64,000 bases of DNA from the NCBI GenBank assembly GCA_965649825.1, contig OZ287697.1, positions 1,722,351 through 1,786,350 on the forward strand. The letters are read 5' to 3'. How positions within the stretch are numbered: the first letter of the stretch is position 1; every line of letters starts with the position of its first letter. The notes below the pieces were generated by a model, which saw only the letters and a program-made list of their open reading frames with translations, ran no database searches and was not told the origin of the DNA. The translations under genes were made by a program, and so were the position numbers. Shown one piece after another: positions 49,489-59,412 of the stretch. Source of the stretch: Penicillus capitatus. Lineage: Eukaryota; Plantae; Chlorophyta.

Positions 49489-52330
49489 AACATCCTGCCG
49501 AGGAGGGCGACTCTGCAGGATTCCGCGTGGTACAGTTGTGGGAGACGGAGAAGGGAATCCGCCCTTTTTGTAGACAGAATCTCATCAAGTTCCCGTTAGG
49601 CAAGACCAAGTTTGTCCCACCGCGTGAGTGGGTCAGTTACAATTTTCCTTGGGCCGTTCGTGGGGATCTGTCGTCTGTGTCTTTTCATTGCTCTCTGAAC
49701 AGATGTCCTTTTCTTGCGTTTGTGACCGTCTCTGACTCGGGACAGTTTCGTCTGAACATCTACAACACATCGAACGAGGCTCAAGTTCTGCTAGGGAGCA
49801 CCTTTGCATGCAACTTTTGGTATTCCGGTCGGATGCGGTGCAAGTTTTTACCCCTCTGGAATAAAGGGGATGGCGAGGATCGAGCAGTCAAGGCCGTGTT
49901 TTCAGTCAGTGGTGATATGTTTTCCGAGTTCCCCGAAGTTTTTGATGATGGGACCTACTGCGTGACGCCTGCGATGAAGGCTTTGCGCGTTGACATCCGA
50001 GAGTGCCGTCTGAAAGGTGATCCGACGTTCATGGGCGAGCGTACCTGTCCGAAGATCGACCACCTAGTCCCCGAGCAGCGCATTCGAGAGGAGATAGATT
50101 CCTTTTTGCGAAAAGGCTTCATCGAGCGTGTGAAGTCGAGTGACGAGGGTTTCCTCACGCCTATCTTCTTCTTGCCGAAGAAGGATGGAAAGAAGATAAG
50201 GACACTCAATAACTACCGCAAGCTTAACGCGATGTGTGACTTTTCGTCGGCGACATTCGTCGACGCCATGAGGACGATGCGGTCCATACCGAGGATCTGG
50301 AAACACTTCAGCAAGCTGGATCTGGCGAACGCTTTTTTCAGTGTGGGGTTGAGCCGCGAAACGTCGAAACTCTTCGGGTTCAACATCTTCAACGAGACGT
50401 ACGTGTGGAGGGTGATCCCCCAAGGTTTCGGGTGGAGCCCTATTTGGTTCGTCGAACGAGTGAAGGACATTCTGCACAAGCTCCCCGTCGTTGTATACGC
50501 TGACGACGTGCTCGTTGGAGCCGATTCGGAGGCTGAGCACAACCGAATTCTACGGTTGGTGCTGCAGAGGTTCGAGAGGTTCGGTCTGCGTTTGAACAAG
50601 GACAAAGTTATCATCAATGTTCCCGAAGTTGACTTTCTCGGCTTCCGCGTCAAAGGAGGCGGTTTCAACCTGAAGTGTTACATGGAAGAGAAAGCGACCA
50701 AGACACCGAAGCTTGAACACTACAAGCAACTAGAGAAGACGATCGGTGCCCTCAACTTTTGCCGGGCGCATGTCCCGAATCTGAGCAAGAAGATGGATAT
50801 GCTTCACTCGGCCAAACAGAGAGCCCTGAGGTGTCCAGCCGACTGCGATGAAGCATGGTGGAAGGCGATCAACGAAAAGGTCAGAGAGATATGGGTAGAC
50901 GTAGTGCGAAGCGGCGTCGAACTCAGTCTCGGCGGGTCATTCGACTCGTTTGAGCTCTATGTCGACTGGAGCGGCCCGCATCGCGGATACGTCCTATTCG
51001 GCAAGTGCGATGCCGCGAGGGAAAAGCGCATCGTTGCCGTGGGATCTGCGAAGGACCCGATCCCCCACCAGAGTTCCTTTCTAGGCGAGATTCGGGCAGT
51101 GAAGTGGGCTCTTCAACAGACGACACAGTTTCGAGGAGCCATCAAGACGAAGACATACGTCGACAACAAGGTGGTGGTCGATGGCCTGAACAAGGGGATT
51201 GCGGCGTTCTGCGATGACCGAAGGTGTGCTCGAGTGTTTGCCTTTATATGTGAGAACGAAGGAAACGTGATGTTCTCCTATTTACCTGGAAACCTGAACC
51301 AGATAGCCGACCAGCTTTCCCGATTAGACTCGGGTGGACTTACGCAACAGCCCTTAGACAAGGCGATCATGGCGATTGACCGCCCCGCGGAACAGGAGAT
51401 CGAACGCAGGATACGTTCCGCCCATTTCGGACACTGGGGATACCTGACGACGCTCCAGAACCTGCTCCTCGAGTCGGAGAGGTGGCCAAACATGGAGCGG
51501 GACGTACGCAACTTCGTGTCGAGCTGTCCGAACTGCGCCTTCAACGGCGAAGAGCAAAGGAGGGATGTCCCGAGCACCGAAATATCTCGCAGAATCGGCG
51601 AGAGAGTGTCCATGGATCACTGTGGGCCATTTTTCGACGGATCGCATATCCTCGTAATCGTGGACGACGCGACAAAATGGGTAGAGGCTCTGAGAACCCC
51701 AGGAACTGGAGCCGTGCACGCCATGAGAGCGTTGGATCAATGGCAAGCAAAGCACGGAAGGATCGAGCTGCTTTGCACGGATAATGCAAGCGCTTGGAAC
51801 TCAGACACCTTCCGAAGATGGGCAGCAAGCCGACGCATCGACACTAGGAGAAGTCCGAGTTATCACCACCAGGCCAACGGATTGGCAGAGCGCACCATCA
51901 AGACGCTGTGCGAGCGAATCAGGCGCTTCATGAATGGGTCGACGAGGGCGTGGCCCAAAGCGATACAAGGAGCCGTAGACGCCATCAACACATCGTGGAG
52001 TTCAGTGACTAAGACCACGCCGCAGTCTCTCATGCTAGGCATTGATCGCAACGGCGCATTGCTGGATGACGAAACAAGCCGAAAAGCTTGGGAAGATGCG
52101 TGGAGAAGCGCTCAGCTCGCCAAGACGTACAAGCACGAGCGATTCAAGTGGAAACACCCGCGGCTGTCGAAGCCACTGCGTGTAGGCAATCGGGTGCTGA
52201 TGAAGAATTACCACCGGTCGAATCACCCGCTCGGAAAGCTGGGCCCGAAGTGGATCGGTCCCTTTATGATCGAAGAGCAGAGATCGGAATCGACCTGGAT
52301 CGTGCGAGAGGGACGAGGCTTACCGCCTGT
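49449..52330 (+). CDS. pol: Retroelement pol (RT, RNase H, integrase), interrupted at 52330; last 13 codons at 55998..56037
   Basis: RT motifs NNYRKLN, KLDLANAF, PQGFGWSP and YADD; RNase H-like LYVDWSG...GEIRAV; integrase HFGHWG...CPNC, MDHCG, TDNASAW, NGLAERTI; GPY/F motif KWIGPF. The frame is open from 49449, -1 relative to ORF2. Confidence 0.95.
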
Positions 52331-54057
52331 TGTCGCGCGGAGGCGCCGAACGAAACGATAACAAACAGCGGAAGTCTTACAGTGTTCGAAGCAAGGTCTA
52401 CAAAGACTCAGATTGTCCATTAAATACTTGCGCGATGACGCGACTTGACAAGGCAGGTGAATCACCCTAGCCTCAGAACCAGAGAAAATGGCCTTGGGTG
52501 ATTCAACCAAGACCCCCCAGGATATGGCCTCCTCAAAAACGAGGCAGTGTCATATCGCTCGGCGACACCACGCTTCCCGCCAAACTCCGAAAAACTGCAA
52601 GCAAGCCCCCACGAAAACAACAGAAGGAAATCAGTCTATGCCCGAGGTGAATCGTCGCAGCGCCGAGAAAATGGTCCATCCCGAAGATGATGATGCTTCT
52701 GTGTTTGGTTCCCCCTCTCTCTGCTGCGCATCCGATATCGTCGGATCCACTGACTCGACCGCATTAATCCGCGCTTGCGGACAGTCCTTGGCCAGATGCC
52801 CCTTGCATCGGCACACATAACATATCCGACCGCGCTTGATGGCACCTCCGTCATCATCTGCCGCGTCGGTTGCTCTCGCCCGTCGTCGGCGCGGGAACCG
52901 CCCAATGTCGTGCAAAACGCGCTTCATCTGATGCAACGTCTTCACGGTTCTCCGTCCTTCTGCCGGTCTTGTCGTCATCAACTCAGCCGTCCTTTCGCCG
53001 TTCGTCCGTACGGTTTCCTGCAGAGTCTTCACCTCGGCGGCCAAAGACTGTAGACATGGCACCAAATCAGGTGCCGAAATAAACTTTTTCTTCGCCTCTG
53101 TGAAGGCGGCATCAGTCTCTCTAAGCTTCTCATGGAGAGAGGAGGCTTCCACGCGTGCCTCGTTTGCATTTCTCTGTGCCTCAACGATACCTCGTTCTGC
53201 CTCGGAAAGCTCTTGTTGAAGCTTTTGTTTCTGCTCCTGCAGATTCTCATTTCCGACCATCAAACACTCCATCTCGTCGCTGGCTTCACTAGCTTCCCAT
53301 TCGGCCTCACTGGCTCGTCGTTGTGCACATTGCAGCTCCCGTTTCAATCGTTCATTCTCCTTGTGCAAACGTCCCGTCGTCACTTGCAAATCCCGTCTTT
53401 CTTGTAGTCGCGGACAAACGTATCTGATGAAGTCGACCAGTTCGCCCGCGTCAAACAAAAAACTCTCAGGGCGCTGGCCGCCCACCACGTTAACCCGACC
53501 CCACGTCCACACCTTATGACAACGAAGCGCACCAGGGTACAGACCCTCCTCCTCCTCCAATTCTCTGAGCAAACTCGGTCCGTAGACAGTGTTGCCATAA
53601 TACCCGGTGAAACCTTCCCCTCCTTGACCTTGCTCTGCTCTTCTTTCTCGTCGCCCTCGACTCATCCTTGCTCCTGACTCTTGAAATTCCTAGGTATGTC
53701 TAGAAAATGTCTAGACAGGACTCGACTTCCCCGAAGTAAGCGCTTTAGTGCACACAGCACGCGCGCAACGTCACTGAGACGGAGTTCAAACTGAGGAGCG
53801 TTATCTCAGCTCCGAAACCACGTCGCGCGGAGGCGCCGAACGAAACGATAACAAACAGCGGAAGTCTTACAGTGTTCGAAGCAAGGTCTACAAAGACTCA
53901 GATTGTCCATTAAATACTTGCGCGATGACGCGACTTGACAAGGCAGGTGAATCACCCTAGCCTCAGAACCAGAGAAAATGGCCTTGGGTGATTCAACCAA
54001 GACCCCCCAGGATATGGCCTCCTCAAAAACGAGGCAGTGTCACATCGCTCGGCGACA
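52331..54057 (-). mobile_element. Non-autonomous LTR element A (1727 bp), antisense inside pol
   Basis: The 237-bp LTRs 52331..52567 and 53821..54057 show 2 differences. The PBS is at 53820..53809 and a PPT-like GGCGGGAAGCGTGG precedes the 3' LTR. The TSD CCTGT is at 52326-30 and 54058-62. Confidence 0.92.
52631..53665 (-). CDS. Element A single ORF: unknown N-domain, coiled coil, CCHC zinc knuckle
   Basis: A 344-aa intact ORF with a heptad-rich ERLKRELQ...EARVEASSL segment, CYVCRCKGHLAKDC and a C-terminal FTSGID. Confidence 0.85.
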   Translation of the reverse strand: MSRGRRERRAEQGQGGEGFTGYYGNTVYGPSLLRELEEEEGLYPGALRCHKVWTWGRVNVVGGQRPESFLFDAGELVDFIRYVCPRLQERRDLQVTTGRLHKENERLKRELQCAQRRASEAEWEASEASDEMECLMVGNENLQEQKQKLQQELSEAERGIVEAQRNANEARVEASSLHEKLRETDAAFTEAKKKFISAPDLVPCLQSLAAEVKTLQETVRTNGERTAELMTTRPAEGRRTVKTLHQMKRVLHDIGRFPRRRRARATDAADDDGGAIKRGRICYVCRCKGHLAKDCPQARINAVESVDPTISDAQQREGEPNTEASSSSGWTIFSALRRFTSGID

Positions 54058-54176
54058 CCTGTTGTTAAACGTTGCTTCAGAAGACGCAGTAAAGTTCTTA
54101 AAGAAAGTTCGTGCGCAGAAGTTACAAATCTAATCGAATCTCTTTTTACTTATACGCATGATGTGATGTTACCACC

Positions 54177-55921
54177 TGTCGGCAAGATGGCGTTTTGCTG
54201 ATGTGACTGTCTTGTTTTCGATGGGTCCACATTCAGGGGGGGGCTTGGTTGAATCACCTAAGGCCATTTTCTTTGGTTCTGAGGCTAGGGTGATTCACCT
54301 GCCTAGGAACGTCGCGTCACCGCGCACATACATAAGGACACATTCTGAACACTCAGGACCTTGCTCCAAACAGTTTGTAAGTCTTCCGCTGTGTTAATCT
54401 TTCGTCCGGCCCGATCGCCGACAGTGGTTTCGGAGCGTGTATACGTTCCTCAGTTGGGGCTCCGTCTTTGTGACGTTGCGTGGCTGCTCTGTGCATTGCG
54501 CTCTCCTACGTGGAGAACGAGTCCTGTCTAGGCGACTAGACGCACCAAGGAAAGCCCCAGGGACGGCAGTTGAGGGATGAGTCAAGCACGAATAGAATGG
54601 ACAAGGGAGCGAGGTCGAGAGGAGTGTTATATCTACGAGACATACAAGAACGTCGCGAGCATGCTCGCGCATATGGGTCAAGACGATGGCCTCAGCCCTA
54701 GCCTTGCGGGAACACCGGTGCTGGCAGGCTCGGTGCTGGCGGGCATCTGCAATGAGCAGCCTCATTTGCAGTACGTGGTGGCGGACGGGGACATAGCTGA
54801 TTTCCTTAGTTATGTTTGTCCGCGACTGCAAGAAAGACGAGACCTGCTAGGGACGACGGGACGGTTGCGCGAGGAACGAGAGCGGCTGCGCCAGCGGGTG
54901 GCGACCGTCGAGGCCGAAAAGGAACAGCTGCAACAGCAGCTGCGGCGTGAACAGCGAAGGATATCCGAGGCAACGGCAGAAAACGATCGGCTGTCAGGCG
55001 ACAACACGAAGCTGCGACATGACATTTCCAAGGCAGAACGAGGCATCGTCGAGGCACGACGAGACGCAAACGAGGCACGCGTAGCAGCCTCCTCTCTACA
55101 GAAGAAGCTCGAAGAGACAGAGACCGCCTTCGGAGAGGCAAAGAAACTTTGGTGTCTAGTCTTCGGTCGTTGTCCACAGAGGTGAAGGCACTGCATGAGG
55201 AAGTCCGGACAAGTGGCGAAAAGACAATCGAAGCGGTGGTGAGGAGACCACCAGAGGAACGACGGAATGGGAAGACTCTACGCCAGATGAGGAGAGTGCT
55301 GCATGACATCGGACGGTATCCGCGGCGACATCGAAGAGGGAGGGCAGCCGGCGCAGCTGACGATGGCGGGGAAGCCACGAAGCGCGGCCGAGTCTGCTAC
55401 AGCTGCCGGTGCAAGGGGCACCTGGCGAAGAACTGTCCGCGGGCGCGGACAGACACGGTTGCGTCAGCGGAGCCGACGGGATCGGATACGCAGCCGAGAT
55501 CCGACATGGCGACAGAGTTGAATACAGCATCAGCGTACTCAGGGCTCAAGATCTTGTCCTTTTTCCGGCGGAATTTCACCTCGGGCATCGACTGAACATT
55601 AGTAATTGTGTTTGGGGGGCCTTGCATCTGTTTTCGGAGTTGGCGGGAAGCGTGGTGTCGGCAAGATTGAGGTGCTGATGTGACTGTCTTGTGTGGGAGG
55701 GGGCCACCTTGCTCTGGGACACTCGGGGTCGTGTCATTTGAGGTTTTGGGCCGAGAAGAGGCCTTTTTTATGGTCCTGGGGCAGTACTGAGTCACCTGCC
55801 TAGACATGTCGCATCACAACGAGGGTATTTAATGGGACAATCCGAACCATGTTTACCTTGCTCCAAACAGTTTGTAAAGTCTTCCGCTGTGTTAATCTTT
55901 CGTCCGGCCCGATCGCCGACA
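54177..55921 (+). mobile_element. Non-autonomous LTR element B (1745 bp), same family as A
   Basis: LTRs are 54177..54423 and 55656..55921 (TGTCGGCAAG...CGCCGACA), the PBS is at 54425..54436, and the TSD CCACC is at 54172-76 and 55922-26. Confidence 0.9.
54577..55595 (+). pseudogene. Element B ORF, homolog of the element A ORF, broken by a frameshifting deletion near 55147
   Basis: ORFs 54577..55185 and 55149..55595 together align to the A protein (YVCPRLQERRDL, CYSCRCKGHLAKNC, FTSGID). About 19 nt present in A are missing. Confidence 0.8.
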
Positions 55922-55997
55922 CCACCGTGCTGAGCACGGGACGATGTTCAGTAATAATCTTCATTACTTGCCTTCATCATCCCATCTCGACACCTGT

Positions 55998-56037
55998 TCT
56001 GGTTCATTCCTCCCAAATAAAGCCCTATCTAACATAA
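55998..56037 (+). CDS. pol: Displaced 3' end of the host integrase
   Basis: Removing 52331..55997 joins CCT GT to T CTG GTT CAT... in frame and restores ...REGRGLPPVLVHSSQIKPYLT-stop. Confidence 0.88.
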
Positions 56038-56142
56038 AATCACCTGGCTGGAACGCTTTTATACTTTCCCTCAAGTCGTGCACATCGTCTCCATGTGGCC
56101 TCCTATCTCTTCGGAGTTTGCGCTCGGAAGGTGATGAGCCCA

Positions 56143-56321
56143 TGTCAGACTAAATGAGCACAATGAAGGTATCCCGACGGCATAAGGGAAGTCACATCAG
56201 AACCTACTACATGTCACATCAAAACCCTAGCACTATAAAAGGGTGACAATTGCGTTGTTTACGTCATTCCGTTTTAAAAATCTTCCGCTAATGCGTGTGT
56301 TTGTTCACCAACGACGCGACA
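56143..56321 (+). repeat. 3' LTR of the Gypsy element
   Basis: A 179-bp near-copy of 47599..47777. Confidence 0.95.
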
Positions 56322-56410
56322 GACCAGATGATCTTATCTGTTTTTAAGGGTCTGCCTCCGCATACGTTCGACCGATTCTCCTCCGCCGACGTGAGTGTTC
56401 GAGTGCGACA
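56322..56410. mobile_element. LTR-like terminal fragment
   Basis: It ends in GCGACA exactly where homology to 35921 begins. Confidence 0.45.
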
Positions 56411-57006
56411 GTGTGGCAAAACGGATATTGGTTGTTTCTGTGGGACGTTGTCGTCCGTATTACATGTCTCTTGACGGACGGCCTAGAAATGGCGTGTAAG
56501 GAAAGAGGCAGGTTGTGTCTATCATCCCTAAAGAGTGACTTGGCGATGAGCACAATAGCACAAATCTCACTCTTTGAAGGCAATGGTACGTGATGATCAT
56601 CAATCGTCAACCAGACAACAGACACGACCGTCAAGCGCTAACAATTCAGTAGACTCACTATTTGACAAACAGACATGATCGTTGATAGAGGCCAAGAGAG
56701 GGACTGTGTCGCGATGGACTTGCTTGCTTTGTTCTTACGGTTAATCTATTCCATTGCTTCGAAGGCTCTCACACATGGACATTTGCTGAATAGTATTCAT
56801 TCTTCGCTATTCGCCTGTTGCGTCGATCTGATTTTAAGATCTCTGAGACGAGGGATTATCCCTTCACCTAAAAGGCCAAGAACTCCGAAGTCGTGTCCGT
56901 AGCGAAATTCGGTTCCTGAAGCTGCGCCAGCAGAATAAGCTAGCTACGTTCGAGAACCGTCGAGTTTATCTTCTTCCGACAAATTGAAGTAATTGCATCC
57001 GTCAGG

Positions 57007-58284
57007 TTAGTCAGCGACGTCGAGGGAAAGGTAATCTGATTGCTTCCGTTTCTCAACAAGAAGCCAGGAAGATTGACTTCGCAGAGGCCATCGAGCTCTG
57101 TCAGCGTGCATGGTCCAGGTTGATGACTCGACGTCCGATCTCAGTGTTACATCAAGTCTCTTCAGTCCTGTCAAGGACAACAGCACACTGCGGAAGCCCT
57201 CGCACGCTTCAGCAGTCCCCAGATGCACACCGAGAGAATGCAGCCGAGAGTACGTTTCTGAATGGAAGAGCTGAAGATCGCCGCCGTCTGTCCCGTCGCC
57301 GAAGTAGTCCAGTCGCTCCAGCCGCGTCATTGAGGTCAGACCGGCGAGCCGCCGGGCAACGTCGAGATCTTCGGACGGAAAACTGGTTGAACAAGAGAGC
57401 TCGACGGCGTTTGGAAAAGCGGTCATTAAGTCAGAGACGTGTTCGGAAGACACCTGTCTAAGCTTGACGGGCAGAGACTTGCAAGTTGCGTCCCTTTGTC
57501 GACACACGCGGCGGTACTCTTGAATGCCATCGTCGAGAAGATAGCCGAGTACTTTATGAAGGTGTGAAGAACTTCCTCCGACACTTTCTCCCTGCACCTC
57601 TCTTTCGACGTCCTTGGCCTGGACGACGCGGATTTCCCCCTCGTCTTGACCGGGGGGCGGAGGAGGAGCATTGTCGCCGGAGTCGTTCCCGTGTTGGCTC
57701 AGCTCACAAGCGCGGCGGAAGTCTTGAAATTGGATGAGGATGGGCGATAGTTCGAAGGCCACACAGACAGCGTTTCAGCAAAGGGCGACTTGTTACAACT
57801 GAGAATAGACAGCGAATGTTTTGCAAGGTATAAACAGAATGTATGCGATTCACCGATGACAAAGGAACTTGATCGTCAAACGAAAGATGTCTTTATGTGT
57901 CGAAGCCTTGCTTAAATACTCAGACCCTGATGTGACGACAGGAAGAGTCGATGAACTTCAAGAGTGAGTTTGCAATAAGATTCTCAATTAGACTAGGGAA
58001 TTCAGTATGAACTTCTAGAAGTTTCCTAGGAACTTCTCAGGAACTCACTCCCAGTCATCACGACTTGTCTGCGACTCAGCCGTGATGGTTACTTTTGCAT
58101 AGCCAAAGACCCGACAAGTGCTAGGTGACAGAAATGTCACTATTATATGGACGTCCCATCACCTCTTCGTCAGAATTGCGCCATTCTTTCACAGAAGGAA
58201 CCAATCCTCGTCCAGCAAGAGGCCAATGCAATTCCAGTGACTGGACTGCGGTCGCCTTTCGCCGGAAACATCACGTTTTGCCAT
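57007..58284 (-). pseudogene. F-box-like/LRR pseudogene (unit 3 copy) split by a solo LTR
   Basis: The N-terminus MAKRDVSG...DEDWFL is at 58284..58194 and continues HKVLGYLLDDGIQEYRR at 57562..57007. Similarity is lost beyond about 57007. Confidence 0.85.
57563..58193. mobile_element. Solo LTR, 631 bp, unrelated to the nest LTRs
   Basis: TGTGAAGA...TCTTTCACA termini, with the 5-bp TSD GAAGG at 57558-62 and 58194-98. The empty site TGAAGGAAC is visible in the paralogs at about 18901 and 37457. Confidence 0.9.
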
Positions 58285-59412
58285 GAGGTGCACCGTCGGC
58301 TTGGTAGATTGACTGAGACGTGGTTGTCGTCGCCAGATTGTCGTCGCGCTGTTCGACGGCGCCTCTTGCGTACGACGGCTCTGTCGGCGTGTGATACGAG
58401 GCGTGGACGTCGCGTGCGCCATGTAATGCGGTCGCGTTACCGCGATTTGCGATGCGAGTACTAACAGCGCTTGATGTGACTCGAGTTTTCTTAGAAATAC
58501 ACATCGAGGGCAGTTTGTGTCACACAGAAGGATGGACGTTGGGTGAATCAGTTCGCCCACGACAGGCTTTGACCCCTACCACTCAAGGCCCGCTCGGGAG
58601 GACAGGTTCGCGACTGGATACGGCGCTTCGCTGTGCATTAGCATGGAGACGCTGCCGTCATCGCATTCCTCCCACTATCGTGCTCCGAAGATGGCGGTAC
58701 TGTTGCCAGAACTGAGACCGATAGTACGTTCTTCCGGTAGAATCGTCTCCAGACAGACTGCAAAAACAGATGACGAGAACAGGTTAGGCGTATGAAATCG
58801 GACAAGGGAAATGCCAGCGAACTCCAATCCTCCAACATCGTCACAGATGCGACCTCAAACTTGGTTGTTCTGAGACAGCAACGGAGGAACTTGTGGATTC
58901 ACGTTGCAAGCACCCGCATGCTGGTTCATAACTGCTCCAGAAACGCGTTCCTGACCCACTCTGTTTCTCCATCAGAGGCTCAGCCCCACCAAACACGCTT
59001 CCAACACAGAAGCGTTGTCGCCGCACGGAAGACAAGGCAGTCCGCCGGGGACGAAACCTCGTGCCGGCGACGGTCGACGACGCGCCCAGTGCGCACTCAC
59101 TCGCCGTCGACGCACGACAGGTCTGTGCTCGAGACTGGGTCGCCTGTTTGCCTCGCCTGTGTAGTCCATTTGCCCGAGTCTCGACTTGTCGACAAAACGA
59201 GACGGTGGATATCATCACAGCACGTTGGATATTATGTGGACAGAGCGGCAGCATGCTGGAACGTGCTTCCACGGAAGGCCGTCATGTGTGGTCGCTGTCG
59301 CGCCAGCGCTGATGACCCCAGTTGCGTCAAGGGGCACCTACACTATAAAGCCCCTGACTTCGATTTGATCAAGCACACAGCACGAGTCAAAACCTTCTAC
59401 ACTGCGAACAAC

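Larger units (their letters stand above)
54063..55992 (-). mobile_element. Solo LTR C (180 bp: 54063..54176 plus 55927..55992), split by element B
   Basis: TGT...ACA termini are flanked by CCTGT (54058-62 and 55993-97). The reverse complement has a TATA-like TATAAGTAAAA and an ATGAAGGCA motif like the host LTR, so orientation is inferred. Confidence 0.8.
47599..56321 (+). mobile_element. Ty3/Gypsy LTR retrotransposon (about 5.06 kb once nested insertions are removed)
   Basis: It has 179-bp LTRs, a PBS and the domain order gag-PR-RT-RNaseH-IN. The flanks GTGGG/GACCA do not form a TSD. Confidence 0.95.

Noticed and set aside
52331-52361. Basic pol C-terminus ARRRRTKR as an NLS
   Set aside because: It is read-through into the LTR of element A. 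The true tail is at 55998..56037.
55141-55152. Programmed frameshift in the element B ORF
   Set aside because: There is no re-pairable slippery heptamer, and comparison with intact A shows a simple ~19-nt deletion.
52631-55595. env-like ORF or inverted duplication belonging to the Gypsy element
   Set aside because: Each ORF has its own LTR pair, PBS and TSD, so these are separate insertions. No signal peptide or TM anchor was seen.
56038-56142. Chromodomain or clear polypurine tract in the host element
   Set aside because: Integrase stops right after the GPY/F region, and the pre-LTR sequence GGAAGGTGATGAGCCCA is only weakly purine-rich, so neither is called.
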